A stretch of 64,000 nt of DNA from Lytechinus pictus (lineage: Eukaryota). The notes under the pieces are model-generated. The model was not told the DNA's origin. It searched no databases and saw nothing but the letters and a program-made list of their open reading frames with translations. The stretch is from the NCBI RefSeq assembly GCF_037042905.1, contig NC_087252.1, positions 19,842,001-19,906,000 on the forward strand. The letters are read 5' to 3'. The position numbers were made by a program, and so were the translations under genes. This document shows, one piece after another, positions 25,849 through 40,100 of the stretch (its first letter is position 1; the number at the start of each line of letters is the position of its first letter).

Positions 25849-28800
25849 GTAAATAGTATAAAATAAAACACATCATAGAGGGCATTAGTAAGGACTACAC
25901 CCCGGGTATATCTTTAAATCGGATCTAACATGCGCGCGGCATAGCCGAGAGCATTTGAGCGTTTTAAATGTAACAAGCGTAATTATTTTCGCCCCCGAGG
26001 GAAAAAAAATGATGTAGATTGTAAGTTATCAATTGTGGATCATTTGTATTTGATCCTCCTCTCAAAACGACTACCGGTCAGGCGGTCAATAATCTAGTCA
26101 TCAGTACCAGTCGTTAGCAATTGTTACGGTTAGCCAAAATAAATGACAGGTCACGTGTTAGATTTAGATCCATATAATAATAATAATATAATAATAACGG
26201 CATATTTACCCATGCAGGGTAGCCACTTTCGTTCAGAGAACTGTTCTCCCAGCGGGCCCTGCTATTATCATTACCCCGGCTTTAGCACGGCTACCTTGAT
26301 CGGGCGCTCGAGCATTCGAGGAATTACTTCCTACCGGGTACCCATTCACCTCACCTGGGTCGAGTGCAGCACAATGTGGATAAATTTCTTGCCGAAGGAA
26401 ATTACGCAATGGCTTGGATTCGAACCCACGACCCTCTGTTTGAAAGTCCGGAGACTAATCCACTGGGCCACAACGCTCCACATATAATATAACGGTTGCA
26501 GACAGACAAATATCCATGTACCTAGCTGGTATTAAATAAGATAAGAAAAAAAAAATGCTTTCGTTTTCGTTCAAGGATAAGTGATAGCTAAGGCGCGATA
26601 GAGCGGGAGTCTAGGATTCTGATGACGCGGGTTTGGTTCCCAGTTGGTGCGCCAGTGCCCGTTATTCAGGAATTCAGTATCCTCATAACCAGGTCCCATA
26701 GAGGGGGCTTCGAACCTCTGTTTGCTTAGGAATTAGATGAAATAAAAATCACCAGCAAATAAATCAACATTTTTTTCCTGTTTTCGTTTTCTAGATTATG
26801 ATCCTGACAGACAAGTTATCGTTGCCAAACGTTACCGCTCGAAAGGAGACTAGGGAAAATCAGTACATCGCTATTACTCAACATCAATCATTAAGACTCA
26901 GTCAGCAACCAACAGGAATCCCTCTACAACTACGGCGACCAAGCTCAAACAAAAGCCGTCCTTCTACTCCCATAAACAATGTAAACATGACCAGCGGCCA
27001 TTTCTCCCGGTTCTTCATCCAAGATCCCAAACCGGTTTATGCTATTGGAGACCGGATCAAAATCGTGATCGAGACCCGGACGGATCGCAACGCACCGAAA
27101 ACCGCGGGCGGCGATTTTATCCGGGCTAAGATGTTCAGCTTGGATGATCGAGCGAGCCAGAGCACGGACGGGGAGGTGACAGACCTCGGCAATGGCTGGT
27201 ATGAGGCGTGGTTCACGGCTCGCTGGCCCGGCGTGACTACCATCCAATTGGTTTTAGTCCACACGGCGGAAGCTTTTTCGGTTCTCAGGGATATAGTCCA
27301 AAATCCGGCTAAGATGGTTTACATAGGCCGGTTCGTCAGTGGGAACTCCGACGTCTCTGTTACAACAAAATGCAACATGTATCCCCCTCTAGTAGGTTGA
27401 CGTATTATTAGCATGCGAACCAATTAATTCTACGCATGCGCATGCCAATCGATTCAGATAAATAAATAATTATCCTGCATTGAAACAAATGGAAATGTTA
27501 TACGCATTATTGGTAACTAGGTGTGCACTTGCTAAAAAAAATACAAGACTTAAGCATATACCTCTACTGATTTGTAGATATATTTCATGTGGGGTGATCT
27601 GTGAAGGCAATTTAATACTTCTCGATCATAGACATAGCTAAAAAAATAGCCTCTTCCTGTTTCTATATTCAACCTGCATAGATTTAACAGCATATCAGTC
27701 AAATGATTAAATAGAAAGTGGTGATCGAATGTTTAATTGACACACCTTTGGCTTAATAAGACTAAATTCTTTTGGCACAGTCATATCGTCGAAAACGACT
27801 CCAGTGCCCCTTCATACAAAGAGTTACAAATTAATGATCCAATTAATCGTAACTCTATGGAAATCCATTAGTGCCATGATTTTATCTACAGGAAATTCGT
27901 AAAATGCCCTTTGTAAACAAAAGGGAAAACTCCAAATTGTCAAGAAAACAATAAATTTATGAATATACATTATATCTAGCAAATATTTTCAACAAACATG
28001 CATTTATAAGATGCTGACGTTGCTGGCTTTCCATAGTTACGATTGATCGGATCAATCGTAACTCTTTGTAAGACGGGGCCCAGACCGACCAAAGCTATAT
28101 ACCAATGGCATAGCTCTACCATCGGTCAGTTTAGAGTCGGTTTCGTTGGTGTGACTGCAGCATCAGCTTTTACAACCGAACCCGGATATGACGTGGAACC
28201 TTCCTCCCCTTACTTTGCGCTTTCCGCATCATTCGTGCTCATTAGAGCCCAAACTCGGAGTTTTCCCCGTCAGTATGAGGAATCTAAAGTTGCGGTATAA
28301 GATTGAGTACCTGTTATATGCTACTATGTAACATAATCATTGCGATATGAATTCATTAGTGTGTTATTATTTAAGTGGGTCTACATTACGAGACTACACT
28401 ACTCAGGATATTGCATTATGGGTTATACATAGAGTAGTTGAGGACTTGAGGTGGGGCTATTGCGATTGCTGGTTCATATTGCCATTTAATCTAAATGCAC
28501 TCATTTTCCTTTCACAGTATGGTCAATTCTGCAACATGTCCGAACCTGATGGGAGAATGCCCTGGTTTTGCCAAGCTCCCAGCAAAGCAGGGATCTCATG
28601 CGATGACTGGAGGTGGTCTCAGAGTGATGAACCCGCTACATCCAAGCTTCTTGATAACCTGATCGGTCATCCATCAAGACAAACTGCTTTACGAAGGTAA
28701 AGTAATAGCGAGTTTTCGCACCGCCATGCAGGGCGAATGCTAGAACACAGTAAATGTATTGACAATGCCCGTCGAATGACAATGAACAGCTGCAGGGGCT

Positions 28801-31800
28801 TTGTCGAAAGTTGTTGAATCGGAACAGCAGTTCGTCCCTAGTTTTGAAGCTGACGGAAAATTGGAAATATGTCGTTAAACCTCGTCCAGAGTCCAGGATG
28901 AAACTGCCGTTTTTTATTCACCATTTTTCGGCAAAGCCTTGAATTCTTGGTTGCTCATCGTCATCATGGTCATGAAGGGCATTTGACAATACATGTTCTG
29001 TGTTGCTTAAATCCCGAGGGGGATGGGGGGGATATATCCCCCCCACTTTTTGAGGAGGGGGGATGGCCTGTACAAACATCCCCCCACTTTTTACGAAAGA
29101 AATAAAAAAAAAATCACAAGAGATTATTGTTTTATTGGTGAAAATTCTTCCTAAAATACCGCTTAACAAATAAAACAATATTATTGAATCATAAAATGCA
29201 AATAAAGAGCCAGTTCACCATTTCCAAACGAAATACTTATGTCCTTATTATAACATTGAAGAGAAATCCCCGTTTCTTCCAATTCATCAATGTTGGGGTC
29301 TTTGGGAAGGGATTAAGATGGAATGTCAATTTTTTTTCAATGTAATCTTTAATAAAACGATTAAACCATCATGGGGTAAAAAGATAATAATATTGGAGGG
29401 GTATTTGCCATATGGACATACAGTGGCGCAACTACGGGGGGGGGGGGGGGGGGGCATGGGGGGCACATGCTCCCCCCCCCCCCCATCGGCTGACCAAAAC
29501 AAAAACGGGGAAATGGGGAAAATAGAAAAGAGGGAGAAAGGAAGAGAAACGTAGTGGGAAAGAAGAAAATATTATTCATTATAATGTTGTATTATAATTA
29601 TGTTATGTTACATTACATAAGAAATATTTTTATCATAACTTCATGAAACATAATTTGCCCAGGGCCTACGTCTTCATAGTTCCTGGTGCTCGCATTGTCT
29701 GTTCAACGAGATATATAATCCTGTTGTACTAAAACATCCCGTTTTCAAGTCAATATAAACTAAATATATTTCCTAGCACTTGAGTTATCATTGTTTTATG
29801 TAGTGACATGAGCTTCTTTTACATGATTAAAAAGGTGATTGCCCAATGTTAAGGTCTTCGTATATATAAAAACATTTCCTTCCGTGATTACGTTCGCATT
29901 AGTGGATTGGTGAGATATGTCTGCTCTTCATGAATTCCTAAAATCAGTCCTTGAAATGTCCCTTCTTCTGATCTGAATATCAAAAATTTTCAGCTCGCGC
30001 TTTGCGCTCGCATCATTTGGTTAATGAAATACGTATGGTCCTAGTTAATTCCTACAAAGAAACCTTAGAATGCCCCACTTCAGGTCTTAATTATCTAAAT
30101 TATCTAAATTTTCAGCTCGCGCTTCACGCTCGCAATATTTGATTAGTGAGATGCGTATGATAATCATGATTGCAATGAGTACAAAAAGTGTTTCATGTGT
30201 TCAGATGTAATTCTAATAAAATCAGCAAGCGCTTGGCACTTGCATTAGATGACTATGGTGAGATATGCATACTCTTAATGGATTCCTAAAATATATTCCT
30301 TAAAATCTCGCTGTTTGGGGTCAAAATATACGAAAATTTCAGCTCGCGCTTCGCGCTCGCATTGTTTAGCGAGACAGGTACCTATCATGATTACACAAAT
30401 TTGATTATAATGTCCCTTCTTAGGTGTGAATATAAAAAATTCAGCTCGCGCTTCGCGCTCGCATTATTTGATCAGTGAGATACATATCCGTTCAATGACA
30501 TTGTCCCCCATTGTCCTTAAAATGTCTCTATTAGGTCAGAATAACTAGCAACCGAGCGCGCTTCGCGCGCTCACTCAGTGATTCGAAAATTTTGCTGGTG
30601 CCCCCACAATGCCGTGACCCACGGTATGCCACTGTGGACATATCAATTACAATTCATTGCATATCTAAAAACATGATAACAAAAAAAAGGCCAAAATATT
30701 TCAGTCATCCCCCCCACCCCTCAACACGGATTTACGCCAGTGGTTGCTGTACAAGAAATCCATATTAATCTGCAGCCATGACTCCAAAGCTAGCACTTTT
30801 TTTCAGCAAGAGATCGATCATCCCCGAACCTTTATTATGGTGGTAATCTGTTTTTAAAAGAGTTACTCGGGTTTAATTAAAAAAAAAAACTACCTACAGC
30901 AAGAATTTAATCTTTCCCATGCAGAAGGAAATATCAATTGCGTCTTGCTACAGGCGATGTGTTGCTGTTCTACTGGTCTTGATCCTGGGGTTATAACTGG
31001 AATTTGGTCTTGTTACATGGGATTATTAATGTTCTCACTGGACTTAGTGTGCAACTCGTACATCCTTGATCAAACTCCCTTTCATAAAAATAGAAAAATT
31101 ATCTATCAGCACAATATTCGGTATACTGGTCCTAAAATGTGGAATGGTCTTCATGAAAATATAAAGAAAAGTCCTTGTCGACATCAAGATTAAGTCAAGT
31201 TTAAAAACTTAAGATATCTTCCTGAGTTTAATTACTTTGTGCTACAGGCCCAAATACATGCTGTATCATGCTAGTCGTGTTTATTAATAAGCCTACATCT
31301 TATAAAATGCTAAGTAATCCATGCCCGTTCTACTTGCTCGCCTCTAGTTTTTTTTCTTATCCTCTCTTCTCTTCCTTTCCATTCTCTTAGCTCTTTCTTT
31401 TTGTTGAGTTATTGTTATATAGTTTTATGGGCGTATCTCGACACATGCCCATACTTTCTGTGTTTTAAGCTTTCTTCCATACACATACTGTATTCATGTT
31501 ATGTACTATATCATTGATTTGTATACATGAAACTGGATGAAATGTCAATTGAAAGAAAAATAAATGTTTACTTCACGTGGATTAAATTGAATTTCTCCTT
31601 ACAGATACAGAGAACAAATAGAGAACGGAGGGATTCCCCTAAATATCAAGGTCGAGTTGGATGCAACGTTAGGTAGGCCTAACCATGTTTTAAAAATCAT
31701 TTCCTTGATCTAATCTTTGTAATAGATTAATTAATATTCTTATTTGATAGCAATTTAATAAGTCCCATCGAAACAATTTGCTGGTAGAAGGATAAATATG

Positions 31801-33683
31801 CAGGAGCCGCGGAATCGGGGGGGGGGGGGGGGGGGGGCAGCTTCCACCTTTTTCCAAAAGCGTGTACAAAAACGTAAAAATAACCATCTGATTTCGAATT
31901 TTGGATGGTCAATCCCCCCACACTTTCAAAATCATGTCGTGGACCCTCATGTGTGTATGCGAACGTCATTGGCGACACATCAGGGAGATCGCACCTGCTA
32001 CAAGTGCTGAACCTGCCTTAATCCGATATTCATCTAATATCTACAATCATTTGTGTCATTGTGTGCATGCGTGTGCAGCGGATTTCTTAAGCTCTTTTTG
32101 ACCTTTTGAAAACGGTTGCCTTGGGAAGGAATCGTCACCGCGCTAGGTGTGCCAATGGTAACATTATAATTTGTTCATTAAGTGGATGTGGGTGAAGTAT
32201 GCTTTTTTTATGGAAAGCTAATCAAGACATACATCTCTAGACTATTCTTTTACGTATCTTAGGGTATATTCATGAACATCCATCACTGTACCACAATATT
32301 GTGCACTTTCTAAAAAGAATGATTGTATTTGGCCTACCATAATGACACAAAATCAGTTTTCATAGATGTTCTAGGTCGTAGGGGGTAATCACACATCGTG
32401 TGTTTTGACAGGTTAGATGGTGGTTCACGGCGGTTTGCCGGCTTGTCCCCGAAGTTGGATGCAGTCAGAGCCCGTTATGATAAAGTTTGGTCGCTAATTT
32501 TGATGGGTTACGACGTTTCCTTATGTATTTTTATATTGCTTGCCTAACATAGCAATACTGGCTTCATTGTAACCATCTGAAAACGAGTTTGCAAAACTCT
32601 GTATCTTACTTCGGGATCAAGCCAATGTGAATCGGTAATTGTTACATCGTTAATATATTATCACCGCTTTAGCAGTTTTTCTTCACTTTCAATACCCTTG
32701 TGAAACCAGAATAATGTTTGCCCGTTTTATATTCAGGATCTACCCTAAAATGTCCAATAAAAAGTTAACGATATTATGCCGAACTGGAATAAATTTTACT
32801 AAAATGAATAGTGAATAATGAAGGCTTATCCGACTTTTTTCTTTCAGCTGGCACTTACAATGCAAATCCTTTCGAATATCCGTGGCAAAACCTGGATCTA
32901 CCACCCTGTCAACCCGGTCAGCATATCGGTAAACCGCACCCATCCGGATACTTCTACAACGACACTTGGTATTCGCTTCAATGTCGGATCCGGAGACACT
33001 GGCTACCCGGTAACATGTCATCCTGCCTTGCGAACACCGATCTTCAGATAATCGGAGACTCTGCAGCAAGGCAGATCTACACTTTACTAAAAGAAATGTT
33101 GCAGGAGCAAATCACGATCGAGCGATCCGGATTCTTGCACGAGTCGGAGCACCGGAGCGGACCGCTTTGGTTCATCGACTACAATAACGGAATCGAGGTC
33201 CGATACAACTTTCACGGATTTCCAATAGGCGGATCAAACTGGTTTAACATATCGAACATCATGGATGCTACGACGCGCATCGATATGATTCAGAATTCGA
33301 CTCGACGTTTAATTCTGGTTTTAACAATCGCAGCGCATTTCACGTACCACAATTTAGACTTCTACGAAGCACGCATGCGTTCTGTGAAGGGAGCCATAGA
33401 CAGGCTTTTTGAGCGCGTTCCAAACACAATGGTTATCATGAAATCTCTGACGGCGAGAGAATTCGCCACTCTTCGCCACATCGCAGCAAATAGTGAATGG
33501 TGGATGTGGTCTCTGGATCGGACAATGCGAAAGATATTCGGAAACGACCCAAGGATAGCTCTCATAGATGCCTGGGACATGACGAAAGCAATGCTCTTTT
33601 CGTACAACATCCATCCTCATCGGACTATTATCGCAAACTACATCAGTCAAATCTTAACATTCGTATGTCCAACGAGCAGTTAA
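25712..33683 (+). CDS. NXPE: NXPE-family (neurexophilin/PC-esterase domain) protein, spliced; exons 25712-25848, 26795-27391, 28518-28696, 31605-31672, 32848-33683; start codon not securely located
   Basis: All junctions are GT-AG with matching phases (1/0, 0/0, 0/2, 2/1, 1/stop). The product has a signal-anchor (RRWFIAIALCLTSLFMFALL), NXPE-type motifs (KTAGGDFIRAK, GEVTDLGNGWYEAWF, PWFCQAP, PSGYFYNDTW), catalytic-type IIGDSAARQ and C-terminal DAWDM...NIHP...QILTFVC. Confidence 0.88.
26173..26479 (-). mobile_element. tRNA-derived SINE, intact copy
   Basis: Minus-strand head with A box TGGCCCAGTGG and B box GGTTCGAATCC, core cacattgtgctgcactcgacccaggtgaggtgaatgggtacc, (TTA)n tail. Confidence 0.88.
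26795..27391 (+). CDS. NXPE: NXPE exon, stem plus Ig/filamin-like region
   Basis: ttctag acceptor, CTA|gtaggt donor; ORF 26798..27400 contains GGDFIRAK and DLGNGWY. Confidence 0.88.
27804..28081. mobile_element. MITE
   Basis: TIRs gccccttcatacaaagagttac / gtaactctttgtaagacggggcc. Confidence 0.7.
28518..28696 (+). CDS. NXPE: NXPE exon (YGQFCNMSEPDGRMPWFCQAP...)
   Basis: ttcacag acceptor, AG|gtaaag donor; Cys pattern C..PWFC..C typical of NXPE proteins. Confidence 0.85.
29421..30634. mobile_element. hAT-like non-autonomous element, 8-bp TSD
   Basis: cagtggcg...tgccactg termini; tggacata at 29413-29420 and 30635-30642; repeated cagctcgcgcttcgcgctcgca motifs; lies within a truncated related element (~29010-30741). 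Confidence 0.85.
31070..31565 (+). mobile_element. L2/CR1-type LINE 3' fragment
   Basis: HNIRYTGPKMWNGL, similar to 6960-6990, followed by a similar 3' UTR and aataaa. Confidence 0.65.
31605..31672 (+). CDS. NXPE: NXPE short linker exon (YREQIENGGIPLNIKVELDATL)
   Basis: ccttacag acceptor, G|gtaggc donor; phase 2 in and phase 1 out bridge the flanking exons exactly. Confidence 0.75.
32848..33683 (+). CDS. NXPE: NXPE terminal exon, PC-esterase/SGNH-like catalytic domain
   Basis: tttcag acceptor; ORF 32811..33683 with GDS, FHGFPI, AHF and DAWDM..NIHP motifs; TAA stop. Confidence 0.92.
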
Positions 33684-35148
33684 GTTTGAACAAGTTATTT
33701 GATACCATGGTAATTCGCGGGTCACAAAAATCAACAATATTTCATTTCTGTAGTTGATCATTATTTCACGCAAGGAAAAGACGCTATACCAAATATTCAT
33801 GGGATCGGACTGGATACATAAGATACAACGGAAGAAAATCCTCCAGAACTTTGGAAAGACGTTAACATGCAAGACCTTCGGCCTTGTGAACCTTCCCAAA
33901 CAAGCATCTAGATTTGGCTTGGATGGGGTGTATGAGCAGTAATACTTAGGCCGCGGTCACACCGGCAAATCCGACTCCAACCTCGTCGAACGCTTTCAAG
34001 AACTTGGAAAATCTATTATCACATGCCCTTAATGACAAAGAGCAACCAAGAAGCCGTTGTGGGAAATTGGTGAATTACAACAACGGGTTCGTCTTGGACT
34101 CTACAAACGACATATTTGCTATTTTTCGTCAGCTCCGAAACCTAGGACAGAGGTGCTGCTCCGGTTCATCAATTTGTGACAAAGACTTTCATGACCTTCT
34201 AGCTGTTCATTTGACGGGTACTTTCAATACAATTACTGTGTTCTTGAATTCGTTTTGCGTCGAGGTTGTGAAAAGTCACTACTATTTTCGGTTTGGAGTC
34301 AGTTTCTTTGGTGTGACTATACACGTAGTATTACACATATTAGAGTTGGCAGGTCCAACGTTAAATTTGGTATCCCGTGTCTTTATGTGTGTATATACAT
34401 TAAGTTTTCCCTATTGTGTTGATTGATTGGTTGATTTTATTTGGCAAGTCACCATAATATATAGGATGACCCATGAAACCTCGAAAGGTTTTTTTTTTTT
34501 CGGTGGGGTCCTCGACATGTATAGAATTGCGATTTAATAAAACGGTAAAATTATACCATAATGAAAACGAAGGAAAAAAAAAATCAGAATTTGCTATCAG
34601 CAATGAATAAGATATAGAGATGATATATACGAGAAGAATATAAAGAAGAAAATAAGAAGAAGAAGAAGAAAGGAAGAAGGGGGAGGAATAAAAGGTAAAA
34701 GAGGAGGAGAGGAAAGAGGAGAATGAGAAGAAAAAGAATAAGGAGAAGGACAACGGCAAAAACAGCAGCAACAACACGAAGAGGAGAATAAAAGGAAGAG
34801 AAAAGAAAAAAAAAGAAAGAAGGACATATCGATAAAAAAAAATTCAACCAAACTATGTAAAATAAATGATAAAACCTGGCAGAGAAGGGCAAAGAACATG
34901 GTCAGTATTCAATTTCCATGGTCAGTATTCAGTGTTTGACATTGTTAAAGTCATTTATAAATTGTCGTTCTGTCCTTTTCTCTTTTGTATGTACGATACC
35001 TCTGTTGGTTGCTTATGATTTTCATTAACATTGTAAATGTTAATATATATGTTAGTATATTTCGATGATTGTTAAAAGAAATGTGGATGTTATATTAGTA
35101 ATTTGAATTTGTATTTATATAGATAACGACTTACAATTTGTATTCAAT

Positions 35149-35431
35149 GGCCCGTATTCTGAAATCAGGTTTAACTTAGACTCATGTTTAAAGTTGTGAT
35201 TTAAGTATGGGAAGCCAAAAGTATCAAAATATTTTATTAAGTTGTACAATTCTTATGTTTACTGTGCTCTTTCCTGATTTATCAATGGTGAAGACAATCA
35301 TCTATTTATACTTCCTAGACAATTATGAATTATTTGAGAGCCAAATGAGCTGGAATATTATATCTCTACTGTTAGTGATTTAGGTAACAATTGGCTATCC
35401 ATACATAAACCACAACTTTAGAATACGGGCC
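35149..35431. mobile_element. MITE
   Basis: TIRs ggcccgtattct / agaatacgggcc. Confidence 0.7.
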
Positions 35432-35762
35432 AATATGTTTATTGAATTTACACATCAAACGACGAAATACAGACTATAACCTTTAATACAATGACAGATA
35501 AAGATAATATTTGTTTTCCTGAATTAAGTTCAATAGAAAGATTTCAAATCAATCGTCCCTTAGTTCCGTAAGTGAATTAAGTTATCAAAGTGATATGAAT
35601 CATATGATGGCTATAATAGTTTAAACTACGGGAAGGAGTGATAGTGTATTGTAGACAACATTGATTTCAAACTTCGCAAAAAGAGGGAGTGAGTCAAAAT
35701 TGATTATATTTCCACGTCAACCGACAATAACTTAATACAGAAAATAGACAGCTATAATGTTA

Positions 35763-35978
35763 CACTTTTAAAATAGTTGGGCAAATATGCCCAAGTTTAA
35801 CCAACCTAGGGCAACATCCACACAACTATTGGATAAATTCTGCCAAATTTGGTTAATAAAAACTAATAATTTGGTAATGAATTTGCTCAACTGGATAATA
35901 ATTGTCCATAATAGATATATATTTACCAATATACATTACCCAACACAGTGGACAGTATGTTGCCCAACATTTTAAGTG
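35763..35978. mobile_element. CACT-ended MITE
   Basis: cacttttaaaatagttgggcaa / ttgcccaacattttaagtg. Confidence 0.6.
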
Positions 35979-36010
35979 TGTACGATGATTAATGCAGAAC
36001 AGGGGGGGGG

Positions 36011-36219
36011 GGGGGTGTTTCATAAAGATTTAAATTTGACTTAGAGTCGCACTTGAACGCCTAGTTGAATGCGGTATTAAAGGCATGACCGCATTATGGT
36101 CAGATCATGCCAAGAGGACGCGCCCTACCTCGTATTGACCAATGAGATTGCGTGTAGCATATGTGCGCATCGGCATTTCAGTGCGACTCTAAGTCATAAA
36201 TCTTTGATAAACATCCCCC
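36011..36219. mobile_element. MITE
   Basis: ggggtgtttcataaagattt..ttagagtcgcacttgaa versus ttcagtgcgactctaag..aaatctttgataaacatccccc. Confidence 0.68.
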
Positions 36220-37031
36220 AGGAATTATAAAGATCATATGTTTTCTCGGAATGAAAAGTATATCGATGATACATCAGTTGCTATCCTTACATTCACGTTG
36301 GTAATCAAAAGAATGAAATGTTTTTATAGTATTCACATAAATTATACACGCATTACATTCAATAAATGTATTCTAACTTTCAGTACAGTTAAACAAATTA
36401 TCGCCCTAATAATTACACTATTTTGTATAATGAGAAGTTTTAAATCAAGAAGAAAAAACTGTCATTAGGCTATGAATATAGTTACGCAGATGAGAAGAAA
36501 TTTACAGCCATTGTCCTTGTAATATTATCGCGCGCGTAAGACAAGTAACTAAAATGAAATGATATGTAGTGGTTACAAAAAGGCGTACACCGCTTGCCTC
36601 ATTTTTGCCTTCATGTTACATTTACTATCGCACTTTAAGTTATCGTATCATTCCTTAAAATGCCACGTAATATATAATTCATATTTTACAACACAGAATG
36701 CAAGTGAGAGAAGTGAGTCAAATAAGTACTTATTTCATGTAACTAAAACAATTCATTAAGTACATCATTGATTACCCTCCTACTTAATTATGTTCATTTT
36801 TTAGCCATATTTTACTATTCAGCAGCCGTATAACTTGCAATGTTCTAAACAATAGATAAATCAAAAGTGCTTGATTGACACAATGGTTTCCTTAAAATCA
36901 CACATAATATAATTCATTTAATAAACGATAGGTAACCGATTCAACAAGGCCATCTAAACCGATAATATATATATTATGTAGCCAAAGGCCCCATCTTAGG
37001 CCCAGGTCCTGTTCTAGGTTAAGGACCAGGT

Positions 37032-37106
37032 CTATTTCTTGGTTCCTTCATCTGGGTTCGTGTTGTCAGTTACGTAGTCTTGCCTCCTGCTGTGAGATTC
37101 ACGAAG
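37032..37106 (-). CDS. Adhesion GPCR terminal exon (LRESHSRRQDYVTDNTNPDEGTKK*)
   Basis: tgctag acceptor, phase 0, helix-8-like LR start, TAG stop. Confidence 0.7.
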   Translation of the reverse strand, partial: LRESHSRRQDYVTDNTNPDEGTKK

Positions 37107-40100
37107 CTAGCACACAAATGAATAAAAATTGATGTTTATATTCCAGTGAAATCATATCGTTTATATTTTTCTTCTCTCTCTCTCTTTGGTTGAGTACTCA
37201 TATAAAAGTCTGATGTTATATAAACGGTGTAACATTATTGTTAATACGACATAAACAAGAAAGTCTGTTCTCTCTCTAACCTTTTAATTTTACATCTTCT
37301 TTCCTCATATTTACAAAGACAGATGTGGAGAGATTTGAAGAGAGGCCAAGTGCGTGTGGCAGAACGGTGTTTTAGGGGCAGTGATACTAATCAGGCGTCC
37401 CCCCATAAAAAAAAACACGTTCAATTGTAAATAAATCGCTAGTCTCAAAATCTGGCGTAATTGAGTTGCAAATGAGCGCAAATTAACTATAAATGTGCAT
37501 TAAATCATTTTTGTTTGGTATGTATGTTTATTGATATAATAATATGTGGGGGTACACGTTTCAGGTGTGTAGGGGTGTCTGCGTGACTGAAGAGGGGGCG
37601 GGGGGTAGGTGAGTAATAGAGATGTACGTACAGACTGATGGAGAGAGAGAGAATACGCCCCTCCCCCAGCCACACACTAGATAGTTCTCGCATTTACTAC
37701 GTGGAAACTCTCTAACGCATCAATTCCTTGAGAGCTAAGAGGCTTTTGTAGAAAGTTGGTGGAATGTGACAGCAGATCATCCGAAGATTTGCATCGGACG
37801 AACAGTTGCAAATATGTCGTTGTCCAGAGTCAAGAGATTCCGATGCTGTCCAGGTCCACCAACTTTCGACAAAAGCCTCTCAGCTCTTCATTGTGATTTG
37901 ACTTGCATTTTCTAAGGAATTGCATGGTGCGTCGTACAGAGAGTTTCAACGTAGTAAATGCGAAAAGTCTGGACTGTAATTTACCTGGGGATTGAAGAGA
38001 CAGTAGAACACAAAGACAATGATGCCCTGGATATTAAAATAATAACAAGAAAATTATTTGCTATAAGTTTGATATATGATTTGAGCAGAGCATGTGTAAC
38101 AACCTTGCCTAATTCTTTGATTTCTTCTTCGTCATCATCATCATCATCATCTTCTTCTTCTTCTTAACAATCATCATCATCTTCCTCTTCCTCCTCCTCT
38201 TTTCTTGTTCCTGTTCTTCTTTTTCTTTTTCTTCTTTCTCCCCATCTTCTTTTTATCATTTCCATATTTCTGTTGAGTAATGGTATTCAATTAGGAATCA
38301 AGTTTAATAACATGTTAGCAGTCAATAGCAGTCTGTTGTTGCTGTTGGTTCCATGACAATTGCTCCGGCGACAACTGCTCCGATGAAAAATCTCCACGTT
38401 AAGCCAAACATAAAATCCAACCTCCTAAACTAAATTGGAGGTTATCTTGAAATTCTCGGTAGAAATATGTTTGAAAGAAAACTGTAATTTAAGAACTGTC
38501 TCATGTGACCATATGAGCATGCGCATCACCTACCTGGGATACGACACAGATGTGGAACATGTAGTCTAAGACCAGGCTGGACCAAGTGTGGTAGACCGTG
38601 TGTAGGATCCAAGTAAAGACCAGGACCAAGGAAAGCAGGACCGAAGTAGGGAGACACCACCTGTTCCATTCATTAAACAACGAAAGATTAAACTCTTAAT
38701 TACAAGGATTTGGAATAAATTCAGGTAGAATGTATAGTTAGGGAGCAATTTAATTCTGGATTAAGGTTTAATCCCGAAGTTTCATTCTTGAATCTCAAAG
38801 GATTTAAATTCAAATATCTCGAGATTTAAAAACATTTCTTTTAGAATTCAAACTCCAGAATTCGGATTTCTTTTAAATCCTGCAATTTAGAGTACAATAT
38901 ACGATATATCATAAATCGGTAAATAAATCACTAGTTAATTCAGCAGGACCATATAGGAGACAACGCTAAATAAATGTATAACCACTTTAAAGTCATCATA
39001 AGCTCAAATTCAATTCTATTTTCGCATCCATTAAAGAGAACAAACCTACATATCAAAAGGTCTGATAATAAAATGAAGAAAAAAAAAGAGAAACTTGCGA
39101 AACAAATACTAACCTTACAAGTATCTTCAGTTTATCAGTCCATTCCTCGTAATCTTCATCATCTCCATGGAAAGTACGTTCAATCCTGAACATATAGTAT
39201 GCAGTGATGATGGATAAGGTAATATTCACCTAAGAGCGAAGAAATATAAGACATCCTATAATCAACAATTAAATAGAAGAAGAAATAAAATAAAAGGGAG
39301 TTTTCGCAAATGCTTCCAGGAACATAGAGAATATATTGTCAAATGCCCTAAGCTTCATGACATGACGTCTTTGTCGAGGGTTGGTGTTGGTGAATGAAAG
39401 CAGCAATTTCGTCATGGACTCTGGACAAACAAAATATGTGCAATCTTTCGTCAGCTCCGAGTAGTAGAACGAAACTATTGTTCCGATTCACCAATTTTCG
39501 ACAAAGAGCTCCAAGCTTATCATTGTGATTAGACTTGCATTTTCAATACATTTTCTGTGTTCTAGGATTTGTCCTGCATCACGGTGCAAAAACTTCCTTA
39601 TCAGTTGGCGTGTACAACCAAAAGATCAGAAATATACACTCTAAAAAATATTGGGGAAAAGTGCTCCATGAGGATAATTATGTGTCCAACCAACATTGGG
39701 CATTTCTTTTGGGCATTTATATTTATCCAGTGTGATGCAAATTTTGCCCATTCTAAAGTAAATGCTGCTTATTTTTTTAACCTGACTGGACAATATGCTT
39801 CCCGCATTGGGTAAAATACTGCCCCAAATTGGTTGGACACATAATAACCCTCGTGGTGGTAAAAATTTTACGCAATATTCTTTTTACAGTGTAGGTGGAA
39901 TGGAGTTTAATGCATGCTTGTATAATTATTAACAGTTTCACAACTATTTCGGAAATATTTCACTTGACGGGATATAGTCAAAGATATACATAAATAAATT
40001 CTATAACATCATAAATGGTATATTCACGCGGATCTTTATCGGCATACTTGTATACCACAAAATAGATCAAAGACCAACAAATACTAGATGACATTTATCC

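Noticed and set aside
26405..26479. tRNA gene (also at ~42070-42138, ~25545-25610 and 58440-58487)
   Set aside because: A/B boxes are joined to a SINE core and tail, and the copies are diverged; these are SINE heads.
26945..33650. Minus-strand ORFs overlapping NXPE exons (26945-27247, 32740-33069, 33354-33650)
   Set aside because: Antisense shadows of GC-richer coding exons, with no recognisable motifs.
34400..34899. Hydrophobic membrane-protein-like ORFs (also 58035-58540, 8799-9023, 43031-43344)
   Set aside because: Translations of low-complexity purine/pyrimidine or AAT tracts, mostly within repeats.
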